This document shows, one piece after another, positions 1-7,853 of a DNA stretch of 33,512 nucleotides. The notes below the pieces were generated by a model. That model was given only the letters and a program-made list of their open reading frames with translations. It was not told the origin of the DNA and ran no database searches. The first letter of the stretch is position 1; each line of letters starts with the position of its first letter. This stretch comes from a virus (lineage: Duplodnaviria; Caudoviricetes). The stretch covers positions 1-33,512 of IMG/VR virus record IMGVR_UViG_3300006169_000108; one strand, written 5' to 3'. The position numbers and the translations under genes were made by a program.

Positions 1-138
1 CTCGTCGCTCGAGAGGCTGCGGTCGGCGATCTTCGGGCGGAGCTCGGTGATGCGGGCCTTGGCCTCGCCGTGCGCAGAGTTGAGCGTGTCGTCGTCAACC
101 TGACCCAGGTTGGCGAGCACCTCGTCGTAGTTACCCAT
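1..138 (-). CDS. 5' part of probable major capsid (or scaffold-capsid) protein, runs off window
   Basis: ATG at 138, MGNYDEVLANLGQVDDDTLNSAHGEAKARITELRPK..., GGAAGGGG RBS upstream. Identity inferred only from position after the protease-like gene. Confidence 0.55.
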   Translation of the reverse strand, partial: MGNYDEVLANLGQVDDDTLNSAHGEAKARITELRPKIADRSLSSDE

Positions 139-244
139 GGGAGCGCCAGGCCCCTTCCGTGTCGTTCCGGTGCCTGGCGCTGGGCGCTCTCGCGGCGGTG
201 TGTGGACCGGCCCCCGCTAGGCGGCGGGTCGATCACTTGCTCGC

Positions 245-258
245 GACGGTAGGCAGCC
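245..258 (-). promoter_or_regulatory. Putative late promoter element GGCTGCCTACCGTC (-10 TACCGT), copy 1
   Basis: Identical 14-mer at 4919-4932; this copy lies upstream of the capsid-like gene. Confidence 0.55.
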
Positions 259-296
259 GTAATCGAACGACGAGGGAGTTTCATGGGCGCATCTCT

Positions 297-308
297 ATGC
301 GCTAGAGT
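297..308 (+). promoter_or_regulatory. ATGCGCTAGAGT motif (-10 TAGAGT), copy 1
   Basis: Exact copies at 13075, 17119 and 31283(-); ATG follows 7 nt after the hexamer. Confidence 0.65.
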
Positions 309-315
309 GTGGGAC

Positions 316-540
316 ATGCAAGCTGCACCCGAGGGGTTCCGCTACATCGAGCTGGCCCCAGCTTTCCTTGAATGCACCACGTGTCATGCACTCGTCCGTC
401 ACCAGGTGAACGGGATGCATCGGGCTTGGCATCACAGGCGAGATCAGGAGCACGAAATCCTATGGACCAAGCACGTCCGCCAGAACCAAGCGGACTTTGC
501 GGAGGCCCTCAAAGACCCCATGTACGGCTACGACGACTAG
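316..540 (+). CDS. Small hypothetical protein with CxxC and His motifs, antisense to the head operon
   Basis: Leaderless start MQAAPEG... after TAGAGT; CTTC...H..WH; stop overlaps the convergent protease stop. Confidence 0.65.
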   Translation: MQAAPEGFRYIELAPAFLECTTCHALVRHQVNGMHRAWHHRRDQEHEILWTKHVRQNQADFAEALKDPMYGYDD

Positions 541-1424
541 ACCTCGACGTCGGCGAGCAGCGCCTGCGCACGCTCGGCGATGTCGCGCTGCTCGAGCGCC
601 GCGGTCAGCCGGTCCACCTTGTCCTCGAGGGACTGCACACGCTGCCGCTCGGTGCGGGCCGCCGACGCCGCGAGCGCCTGCTCCTCACTGGCGCGCTTCA
701 CATCCGCCGCCGCGACCGGCACCTCGAGCACGAAGCCGCCGTCGGTGGACTCGACGACCTGACCGATCGCGGCGGTCACCGCGAGCTCGACGTAGTCGCC
801 CTTGGCGATGGACTGGGTTTCGCTTCCACCAGGCACGGTGGTCTCCTCTGCAGGGTTGGGGACGATGCCGGCCGCAACCAGCGGGACGAGCTCGGCCGCC
901 GACGCGACCCGGGCACGGGGGATGGGGAAGCCGGGCGTGTTGACCATGAGGGCCGCGACGAGCTCGAGGGACCCGTCGATTGGTCTCCAGTCCCCACTGA
1001 CGGCCGAGGACTTGAGCTTGTGGGCCTTGAGGTCATCCACGCCCGGTGCGAGCGCACCGGCGAACCAGATGCCGTGGGCGTCTTCGCCGGCACACACGTT
1101 CGCGACCACGGTGCCCGTGTTGTCGTAGTGCGCTGCGGCGTCGGTGGCGTCGCTGGTGAGCGGGGCGTGCCCGGTGTCGAGGGTGAGCTTGCCGCAGGAC
1201 ACGTCAACCGGGGTCTGCCCGTCCACGGTCGTCACGCTGCCGACATGGAAGTAGCCGTAGTCGGCCTTCGACCGCGGCGGGCGCACGTTCTTCCCCGGCA
1301 TCCCGACGTGGCTGGTGTCCCAGCCCGCGATGTGCCCGAACACCCGACCCTCCGGGGTGACGGTGACCGGGGTCGGCCCATCCAGTTGCGGATCGCGGAA
1401 CCAGTCGATCGGTGGTGTCGTCAT
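537..1424 (-). CDS. Capsid maturation protease-like head assembly protein
   Basis: Motifs typical of actinophage head proteins (VFGHIAGW, GEDAHGIWFAG, SGDWR, ELVAALMVNTPGFP); lies between portal and capsid. Confidence 0.65.
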   Translation of the reverse strand: MTTPPIDWFRDPQLDGPTPVTVTPEGRVFGHIAGWDTSHVGMPGKNVRPPRSKADYGYFHVGSVTTVDGQTPVDVSCGKLTLDTGHAPLTSDATDAAAHYDNTGTVVANVCAGEDAHGIWFAGALAPGVDDLKAHKLKSSAVSGDWRPIDGSLELVAALMVNTPGFPIPRARVASAAELVPLVAAGIVPNPAEETTVPGGSETQSIAKGDYVELAVTAAIGQVVESTDGGFVLEVPVAAADVKRASEEQALAASAARTERQRVQSLEDKVDRLTAALEQRDIAERAQALLADVEV

Positions 1425-1690
1425 CAGCGGTGCCTCCCTCGACGGCGGCCCTTGCCGCGGCCGGACTTGCGTGCGTTGGACCTGCGGCGCGACTTCGCCG
1501 CGATCGACTGCTGCGTGGCGCGGGTCTGGCGACGCTTACGCTTCTTGCCCGACTTGGTCTTCTTCGAGGACGCGTTGCGTTCCTGCTTGTGCGACCAGGT
1601 CGATGACTTCTTGGTGTGCGGGTCGCCGTAGGAGGCGAACCGGCCCCCGTTGACGCCCTTGTAGATGCGCGGCTGGCGCGGGTTGTACAC
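1424..1690 (-). CDS. Small, extremely Lys/Arg-rich protein
   Basis: 88 aa, translationally coupled to its neighbours; N-terminal YNPRQPR...GGRF motif and a protamine-like tail. Confidence 0.7.
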   Translation of the reverse strand: MYNPRQPRIYKGVNGGRFASYGDPHTKKSSTWSHKQERNASSKKTKSGKKRKRRQTRATQQSIAAKSRRRSNARKSGRGKGRRRGRHR

Positions 1691-1691
1691 G

Positions 1692-1955
1692 TCAGTCCTC
1701 CTCGTCGCGCACAGCGCCGGCCTGCTCGAGTTGGCGCATGTACTCGAACATGCCGAGCGTCTCCCAGGCCTTGATGTCCTTGGAGGTCAACGCCAGTAGT
1801 GCACGCTCGCCGTCGTCGCTTATGACTTCGATCAGGGCGACGTACTTGACCAGCATTGAGCCGTCGAAGGCGCCGACTCGAGTGGCGATGTCGCTGTGCA
1901 CCTGGTCCTTGAGCTCGTCGACTGCGTCCTGGTCTTCCCAGCGGTCGGGGTCCAT
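1692..1955 (-). CDS. Hypothetical acidic protein
   Basis: 87 aa ORF overlapping the portal stop (TGATG). Confidence 0.7.
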   Translation of the reverse strand: MDPDRWEDQDAVDELKDQVHSDIATRVGAFDGSMLVKYVALIEVISDDGERALLALTSKDIKAWETLGMFEYMRQLEQAGAVRDEED

Positions 1956-4561
1956 CAGCCGACTCCCTCGAGCTCGGGTTCCGGATCAACAGCGGGTGTC
2001 GACCACACCGGGGTCGCCATGCACAGACACCCCTGGTGATCACCGGGATGCAGGTACGGACCGATCCACGACGCCTCCGCCCCCGCATCCAGCACCGGGT
2101 CGGTCCACGACGCAAACTCGACCCCGTCCAGGCGCTGGTGCGGAGCGAAATGCGCCCGCGGGTTCGCCGGGTACTCCCACACCCACGTCGCCACCTGCGC
2201 GTCGGCGCCGCGCATCACATCCATCACCTCGATACCCGTCCCAGGCCCGGTCGCCGGACGCACCGGATCACCGGGCCCGCGCACCAGACGCCCGTCGTCG
2301 GCGACACCGGCGGCGTCCTCGGGCAGTCCACCGATCTGGGCGACTGCCCCGCGGATCAGGGAGGCGGGCACCAGGTCCGAGTCCGACTCCGACGGGGCGA
2401 GTCGGCCCTCCCCGTAGAGCACCTCCCGGATCCGTTCCGACAACCGGCCCTTGAGCCACTGCCACGCGTCGCGGGCACGGGCGGTGAGCCGGTCGGCCAG
2501 GCCGCGGGCCTTCCCCGGCCCCGCGATCTGCCCGACCGTCTGCTCCACCGCCTTCGCCGCCGCCGCGGTGTCCCGCTCGAACTGCACCCCGAAGTCGTCG
2601 AGCGCCCCGTTGAGCGCCTCTTCGTCGTCCAACGCGGCCACCAGCGCCCGACCACCCCGGGCGAGGACCTCGCGGGGGTCCGACCCGGCAGGGAACACCG
2701 ACGCGGTCAGCGGGCTCTTGCGGGCCTGGTTGCGCAGCCGGTTCGCGGCCTTCTCCACCGCCCGCCCCACCGTCGCATCGGCGTGGGCGAGCAGCTTGAC
2801 GGTCAGGTCGTGGTCGATCCGCGCGAGCCGCTGCGACGCGCGCGTGTGCACCGTGTCCCGGTCGGTGCGGGTCGCTGAGGCCCGCACCGACTGCGGAGAC
2901 CCCGACGGTGCCGCTGGGCGCGACGGCGGCAACGCCTGCGTACGGTCCCCGGCCCTGTTGACCTCCGGCGGGCGCCCGTTGGCCCGCCCGGTGGCTTCCG
3001 GGCGCTCACCCTGCCCCGCCTCGTCGGGGGCGGTGCCGCCGTGCTTGCTGTAGATCGAGGTGAGCGCGAACCGCATGGCCTGCGCGATGTCGGGGTCGGT
3101 GGCGTCCAAGTTGGACAGCGAGATCAGGATCGGGATCGACGCCTCGTACGCACGCCCGTAGGCCAAGGTGCGGATCAGCTTCTCGCGGTCGGTGGGGGCG
3201 TCCTCCTCGGTGAACCCCAGCGACGCGCGCAGCGCCGCATCCGAGATGGTGCCCGCCTCGTGGGCGTCCTTCGCCGACTGGGCCCGGTCCGGGTCCTGCA
3301 TCAGCTCGGACGGGTCGAACCACAGACAGACCTTCTCCCGCTCCTCGCGGGGGATCCCCATCGCCTTGAGCGCAGGCCACAGGTAGGCCACAGTCAGGGC
3401 GTCGCACATCCGCTCGGCGCGGGGCTCGATGTGCGACTTCACCGTCTCCGCGGAGATGACCGCACCGTTCCAGTGGTTGGTGTCCCCGATCCCGGTGAGC
3501 ACCTCCGGGGGGAGGTCGATGCCGCGGGCCAGGATCGCCACCAGGTTGTCGCGGCGGGTGTCGAGCTCTTTGGGGTCGTCGTTGTGCAGGTCGACGGTGC
3601 CGATGGCGTCTTTCATCAGCGTGGTGCCATCGGTGGTCATCGCCGGACCCCGGATGATCAACGGGACGACCGCCGACGGGTCCGACGGGTCCATGATCGG
3701 GGTCACCATGTACTCGGTGAGCTCGTCCATGAACGGGTCCGCGTCCTCGGCGACCCCGTCGGTGTCCGCCGACACCGGCGCGTTCCCCGCCCGCTGCAGC
3801 GACAGCTCGTCGGGCAGGTAGAGCACCTTGCCCTTGGAGATGCGGGACCGGTCGTGGGCATAGCCGCGGTCCGACAGGGTGTTCATGGCCCGGCACGTCT
3901 TGAGCAGCGCCGCGATCGGGGAGTCGGGCCACAGTTCGTGGCGCGGGTGCGGGTTCCACAACCGCAGCAGCTCGTGACGGCCGGGTACGAGGTCACGCCC
4001 GCCGGCGTTGGTGCCAGGGTCGACCAGCCGCACCGTTTCGTGCCCGATCTGCACCTCAGAGACGGATTTGATCGACCACTGTTCGCCTTCGTCGCCGTCC
4101 TCACCGAGCAGGTAGGCCTCGCCGGCGAACTCGAGGTTCTCCCCCAACCTGGCGAGCAGGGTGGAGCCGTGCTGGTCGAGGTTGAGCCGTGCGCAGGCGG
4201 CGAGGGCGGCCTCGCGGGTGCCGGGTCGAATGTCGGTGTCGACTTCGACCTTGTCGTCGCCCTCGGTCGACCTCGCGCCCGGCGGTCGGTCGAGGGGCTG
4301 GGGGGCGACGCCGCGGGGGCGGCGTTCGGCGGGGAACACCCGCAGCCGGCCCAGGGAGCTGCGCACGAAGCTGGCGACGAACTGGAGCTCGGGAACACTG
4401 TCCCGGTAGGCCCACGCGTCGTCTTGCCATTCGGTGCGCCGGTTGGTGACCGGGGTGGGCCGGGACAGGTCGATGCGCTGCCCGGCGGCGGTCATGGCGC
4501 GCGGGCGTTCCGCGGGCGGGGGGCCGGTGACGGTCTTGGCGAAGTTCTCGAGGAGCCCCAC
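1955..4561 (-). CDS. Portal protein with C-terminal MuF-like (minor head) extension
   Basis: Actinophage portal-like motifs (WQDDAWAY, RLWNPHP, DSP, LARGIDLPPEVLTG, NHW); C-terminal HQRLDG...HPGDHQGCLC resembles the MuF HPxCRC signature. Confidence 0.8.
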   Translation of the reverse strand: MGLLENFAKTVTGPPPAERPRAMTAAGQRIDLSRPTPVTNRRTEWQDDAWAYRDSVPELQFVASFVRSSLGRLRVFPAERRPRGVAPQPLDRPPGARSTEGDDKVEVDTDIRPGTREAALAACARLNLDQHGSTLLARLGENLEFAGEAYLLGEDGDEGEQWSIKSVSEVQIGHETVRLVDPGTNAGGRDLVPGRHELLRLWNPHPRHELWPDSPIAALLKTCRAMNTLSDRGYAHDRSRISKGKVLYLPDELSLQRAGNAPVSADTDGVAEDADPFMDELTEYMVTPIMDPSDPSAVVPLIIRGPAMTTDGTTLMKDAIGTVDLHNDDPKELDTRRDNLVAILARGIDLPPEVLTGIGDTNHWNGAVISAETVKSHIEPRAERMCDALTVAYLWPALKAMGIPREEREKVCLWFDPSELMQDPDRAQSAKDAHEAGTISDAALRASLGFTEEDAPTDREKLIRTLAYGRAYEASIPILISLSNLDATDPDIAQAMRFALTSIYSKHGGTAPDEAGQGERPEATGRANGRPPEVNRAGDRTQALPPSRPAAPSGSPQSVRASATRTDRDTVHTRASQRLARIDHDLTVKLLAHADATVGRAVEKAANRLRNQARKSPLTASVFPAGSDPREVLARGGRALVAALDDEEALNGALDDFGVQFERDTAAAAKAVEQTVGQIAGPGKARGLADRLTARARDAWQWLKGRLSERIREVLYGEGRLAPSESDSDLVPASLIRGAVAQIGGLPEDAAGVADDGRLVRGPGDPVRPATGPGTGIEVMDVMRGADAQVATWVWEYPANPRAHFAPHQRLDGVEFASWTDPVLDAGAEASWIGPYLHPGDHQGCLCMATPVWSTPAVDPEPELEGVG

Positions 4562-4564
4562 GGG

Positions 4565-4912
4565 TCAGGCGACCTCGCGCTCGGCGAGCATTCCGGCCAC
4601 GGTGGACAGCGCCCACGGCATCGCGGCCAGCAGGAACAGATCGCGGTGTCCGCGGCGGTCGGCGAGCTCGGCGAGGCCGGCGACCGCACCAGATGTCCAG
4701 AACCCGAAACACCAGGGGCAGGACCAGAGCATCGCGTACTCGTCGGGGGTGCGCTGGGTCAGCCACTGCCGCAGCCGCACCGCGGGGGGCAGGTCGTCGG
4801 TGGTGACCAGCCGGGTGATGCGATAAGCCGTGAGGGCGGCGAGGGTGACGGTCCACGGATCCCGGGTCCACCGCTGGCGGCGGCCGTGGAGGGCCTCTCG
4901 CAGACTCGTCAC
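4565..4912 (-). CDS. DUF1360-like membrane protein
   Basis: ALTAYRITRLVTTDD...LWSCPWCFGFW motif with hydrophobic segments; GTG start 7 nt after -10 TACCGT. Confidence 0.75.
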   Translation of the reverse strand: MTSLREALHGRRQRWTRDPWTVTLAALTAYRITRLVTTDDLPPAVRLRQWLTQRTPDEYAMLWSCPWCFGFWTSGAVAGLAELADRRGHRDLFLLAAMPWALSTVAGMLAEREVA

Positions 4913-4918
4913 GCTAGG

Positions 4919-4932
4919 GACGGTAGGCAGCC
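4919..4932 (-). promoter_or_regulatory. Putative late promoter element GGCTGCCTACCGTC, copy 2
   Basis: Identical to 245-258; gives a leaderless start at 4912. Confidence 0.6.
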
Positions 4933-4967
4933 AGATGGTTGTGGCCGGGGGTTTTCGTGGGCACCCC

Positions 4968-4995
4968 TTGACACCCCACTGCTTTAGGTTATAGT
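4968..4995 (+). promoter_or_regulatory. Near-consensus housekeeping-sigma promoter TTGACA-N16-TATAGT
   Basis: Read directly; points into a non-coding triple-hairpin segment. Confidence 0.65.
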
Positions 4996-5000
4996 TGAGC

Positions 5001-5086
5001 TTGCCTGTGAGAGGGCAAACCGCCTGTGAGAGGGCGACGACGAAGGCCCCAGGGTTGTGAGAGGCCCCGGGGCCTTCGTCATCTCT
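5001..5086 (+). ncRNA. Candidate triple-hairpin small RNA with three GUGAGA loops
   Basis: Hairpins 5001-5018, 5021-5036 and 5039-5080, each with loop GTGAGA closed by U-G; the third stem differs in sequence but still pairs; upstream promoter; the last long stem can act as terminator. Confidence 0.6.
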
Positions 5087-5345
5087 AACGCCGCTTCCGG
5101 CCCCCACGGCGACGACGAGCACCGGCGTACTTCCCCGTCGCCTCCTTGTGCCGCAGATTGCAGTACCCACGAGCCTGCGCCGTCGTCATGTGCTTACTGA
5201 CCCGCCGCACACAGGTGTAGAAGTCACCCGACTTGCCGTGACGACCCCACTTGACCCCGGAACGCTTCCCGTGCTTCGTGCCCCGGTTGTTCCAGTACCT
5301 GCGCAGCGTCGCCGCGTTACCGCCACGCCCACGTCGCCTCGCCAT
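5085..5345 (-). CDS. Small basic protein with conserved Cys/His core
   Basis: MARRRGRGG...LRRYW...KWG...GDFYTC...GYCNLRHKEATGKY...RRRRGGRKRR. Confidence 0.75.
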   Translation of the reverse strand: MARRRGRGGNAATLRRYWNNRGTKHGKRSGVKWGRHGKSGDFYTCVRRVSKHMTTAQARGYCNLRHKEATGKYAGARRRRGGRKRR

Positions 5346-5527
5346 CACGCACCACCCATCGCCGCGTGCGCCGCACACCCCAGGCACACCACCAACCCGA
5401 TGTTCGAGTCCTCGGCGAGCGGCACATGCATGTACCCCTCCCCCGCCTCGAGCCCGCACCGGCAGTCGCCGCAAAGCTCATCACCAGCAGCGGTCCACAC
5501 ACCGGTCACCAGCGGGGTGTCGTTCAC
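5345..5527 (-). CDS. Small zinc-binding hypothetical protein
   Basis: CGDC...CLGC; coupled start and stop with neighbours. Confidence 0.6.
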   Translation of the reverse strand: MNDTPLVTGVWTAAGDELCGDCRCGLEAGEGYMHVPLAEDSNIGLVVCLGCAAHAAMGGA

Positions 5528-6057
5528 GATGCATCCACCCTTCCCGCCCTCCACCAGCGGCCGTAGTGCGTGCTGCAGAGTTCTCGAGCATGGGCTTTTC
5601 GGTCACAGCCCGACTCGCTGCACACCTCGGGGCCTTTGTTCCACACCGTCCAGCCCTGCGACTTGAGGGCAGCCACGTCATGAGTCTTGTGGCACCGAAT
5701 ACACCGCGGCTGATATCTCTCAGGGTCGAGACTGAACGCGCCTCGTCCAAGATCGATGCGCTCGTCGGGGTCAGCTCCGTCGTAGGACCACTGCTGAGCC
5801 TGCTTGCCACAGTCGGCGCAGGGACGAGATGAAGCTGGCCCACGGAGACGGTAGATGCGCTTGTGCGCGCCGTGGTAGCCGACCTTGTCGCCGCGGTACA
5901 TCCCGTGTTCGCTCGCGCCGTACCCAGGCTTGCGTCCGGTCTTGAGCACAACGAGCGGATCACCATGCTTCGCCCAGCGCGTGTAGTGAGTGCTGCACAT
6001 GCCTCGCGCTCGGACGTGGCTAGTACAGCCAGCGATCGAGCAGTTAGGGTCCGTCAC
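5524..6057 (-). CDS. HNH-like endonuclease with terminal C3H zinc-finger repeats
   Basis: CADC...WSY...YQPRCIRCHKTHD core; CxxxxC...ARxxCSTHY repeated at both ends; GGAG RBS. Confidence 0.65.
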   Translation of the reverse strand: MTDPNCSIAGCTSHVRARGMCSTHYTRWAKHGDPLVVLKTGRKPGYGASEHGMYRGDKVGYHGAHKRIYRLRGPASSRPCADCGKQAQQWSYDGADPDERIDLGRGAFSLDPERYQPRCIRCHKTHDVAALKSQGWTVWNKGPEVCSESGCDRKAHARELCSTHYGRWWRAGRVDAS

Positions 6058-6131
6058 GTCGACTCCAGTCAGTCGGCCACAGCCCGGGACGGTTGCCGCC
6101 GTCGCCGGGCCCTCAACTGCATTATCGCAGG

Positions 6132-6335
6132 TCATCGCTTCTTTCGGCCCTTGTTCTTGAACTTCGTGCGGGCCGTGAGGGCAAAATTTGCCCTCTTCCT
6201 GGTGCGAGAGTCCTTGCTCTTCTTCATCTGGCGGAGCTTGGAGAGGGGGATCTTCTGGCCCTTCTTGGCGCCCGCGCTCTTACGCAGCTTCCCCTTGTTG
6301 GCCTTCTTGATCCGAATCCCGGACTTGCCAGCCAT
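6132..6335 (-). CDS. Small Lys-rich basic protein
   Basis: MAGKSGIRIKKANKGKLRKSAGAKKGQKIP...RKRANFA; AGGGAGG RBS. Confidence 0.75.
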   Translation of the reverse strand: MAGKSGIRIKKANKGKLRKSAGAKKGQKIPLSKLRQMKKSKDSRTRKRANFALTARTKFKNKGRKKR

Positions 6336-6345
6336 CCCAGCCTCC

Positions 6346-6717
6346 CTACGACACCGCCCGCGGGCGCATGTCCAGCGCCCCCGTGTCCGCTTCCGCCGTC
6401 TCCTCGTCGGCCAGCAGCAGCGCCTCGAGTTCACGGGTGCGCTGCACCACCGCCGCTAACTCCCGCCCCGCACCGGCGCGCTCCCGCAGCGCCGCGCACT
6501 CCGCACGGGCCTCGTCCAGCGCTGCGCGGAGCTCGTCGACGTCACGACGAGCCTCGGTGAGACAGACGAGGGCGGCGAGGTGGCGGGCGACCCGCACCCG
6601 GTGGTCCGCCAGCCCGGCGCGGGTCCAGCCGCGGGGGTAGTTCCGCACCGTCGGCCGCGACCGGGGGTCGTGCTGCGGGGCGCGCGGGTGGGGCAGCCGC
6701 GGGACGACGGCGGTCAC
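6346..6717 (-). CDS. Hypothetical coiled-coil protein
   Basis: GTG start overlapping upstream stop; helical Glu/Ala/Arg-rich sequence. Confidence 0.6.
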   Translation of the reverse strand: MTAVVPRLPHPRAPQHDPRSRPTVRNYPRGWTRAGLADHRVRVARHLAALVCLTEARRDVDELRAALDEARAECAALRERAGAGRELAAVVQRTRELEALLLADEETAEADTGALDMRPRAVS

Positions 6718-7043
6718 CGCAACCGGCCCATGCGCATCGGGTTGAACGGCTGCCAGTACTTGAGCCTGTTGCCGCATCCGCAACCATGCCGGGGGCGCAC
6801 CGTCACCGGCCCGTCGGTGGTGCCGATCGTCCACTCGACCTGTTTGGAGCGGATGTCGACGTCGGCGAGGGTGAACTCGGTGTCCAGCACGGTCACCCCG
6901 GGCGCGGACCACACGTAGAGCCGTCCGACCCCCTCGACGGGGCTGGTGAGCACGAGCCGCACCTCGCGCCACGTGGAGTCGCCGGCGATGACGTCGACGG
7001 GGAAGCGGTCCACCGCCACGATCGGCGCCTGCGTGCTCGTCAC
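6714..7043 (-). CDS. Hypothetical protein (CGCG motif)
   Basis: Coupled GTGA overlap; C-terminal HGCGCGNRLKYW. Confidence 0.65.
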   Translation of the reverse strand: MTSTQAPIVAVDRFPVDVIAGDSTWREVRLVLTSPVEGVGRLYVWSAPGVTVLDTEFTLADVDIRSKQVEWTIGTTDGPVTVRPRHGCGCGNRLKYWQPFNPMRMGRLR

Positions 7044-7552
7044 GACGCAGCCAGCCACTCGTCGTAGGTGGTGGGCAAACCCACCCGCGCCCGCTTGATC
7101 ACCAGCGACCGGATCTTCTCCGGATCGCTGTAGCGACGGCCCCGTGGGCTCGTCCACGACCCGTCCGCGTTCGGGGTCCACTCCGCGGGGTGTGCTTGAT
7201 CTGGGCGTACCGCCGCCCCGCGGGAGTAGCCGACCTCCGAGCAGTCCCCCGCCGCCTCCGCCCGCGTGTAGGGGCGGCTGCGGCGAGGCTCGGTCGGGTC
7301 GGTGGGGTCGGTGAGCTCGTCGAGGTCATACCTGACCCCCCGCCACGTTGCGTACCCCGCAACCGTGGCCTCCACCCGGGCCCTCGCCAACGCGAACCAC
7401 AGCTGGTCGGGGCCCCGCACCACATCCGCGTGCCCCCGCGCCTGCGGGGTCGACACCCGGATGCGGCCGTCGTCGAAGAACTGCACCGTCACGTTGAGGT
7501 GGCGGGCCAACTTCCCCCGCGGACGGGAGGTGGTGCGCGTCGCGTTCGACAT
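7040..7552 (-). CDS. Hypothetical protein
   Basis: GGAAGGG RBS before MSNATR; protein-like composition. Confidence 0.65.
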   Translation of the reverse strand: MSNATRTTSRPRGKLARHLNVTVQFFDDGRIRVSTPQARGHADVVRGPDQLWFALARARVEATVAGYATWRGVRYDLDELTDPTDPTEPRRSRPYTRAEAAGDCSEVGYSRGAAVRPDQAHPAEWTPNADGSWTSPRGRRYSDPEKIRSLVIKRARVGLPTTYDEWLAAS

Positions 7553-7685
7553 CCAGTCGTGACCCTTCCGTGTCGGATCACGACGCAAAGTACCCGATCA
7601 GGACGCTCGATGACCTACCGGTGACCACCACGGCGTGGTGCGAGCGGCCTAGCCGACGTGCACAGCTCCTGCCTAGGCTGCGTCC

Positions 7686-7853
7686 GTGGACACGCCTCCG
7701 ACCTACGCCTACGAGGAACTCCGCACCGCAGCCAAGCTGATCAAAGACCGGCACGGCGAGCGCCTCGACCGCGAGACCGCGCAGGCCGCGCTGCTGCTGG
7801 CCCGCTTCGTCGACACCTACCTCGACCTGAACGACGAAACCGAGGGCCGCTAA
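7686..7853 (+). CDS. Small hypothetical protein (55 aa), absent from the ORF track
   Basis: MDTPPTYAYEELRTAAKLIKDRHGERLDRETAQAALLLARFVDTYLDLNDETEGR; -10 TAGGCT (7674-7679) 6 nt before GTG; high GC3. Confidence 0.65.
   Translation: MDTPPTYAYEELRTAAKLIKDRHGERLDRETAQAALLLARFVDTYLDLNDETEGR

Noticed and set aside
372-4987. Long + strand ORFs (372-1631, 2036-2878, 3041-4987)
   Set aside because: Antisense shadows of high-GC minus-strand genes; no motifs or credible starts.
5001-5080. Triple hairpin as a mini-CRISPR or only a terminator
   Set aside because: Units are nearly adjacent with no spacers; a plain terminator does not explain three identical loops and the upstream promoter.
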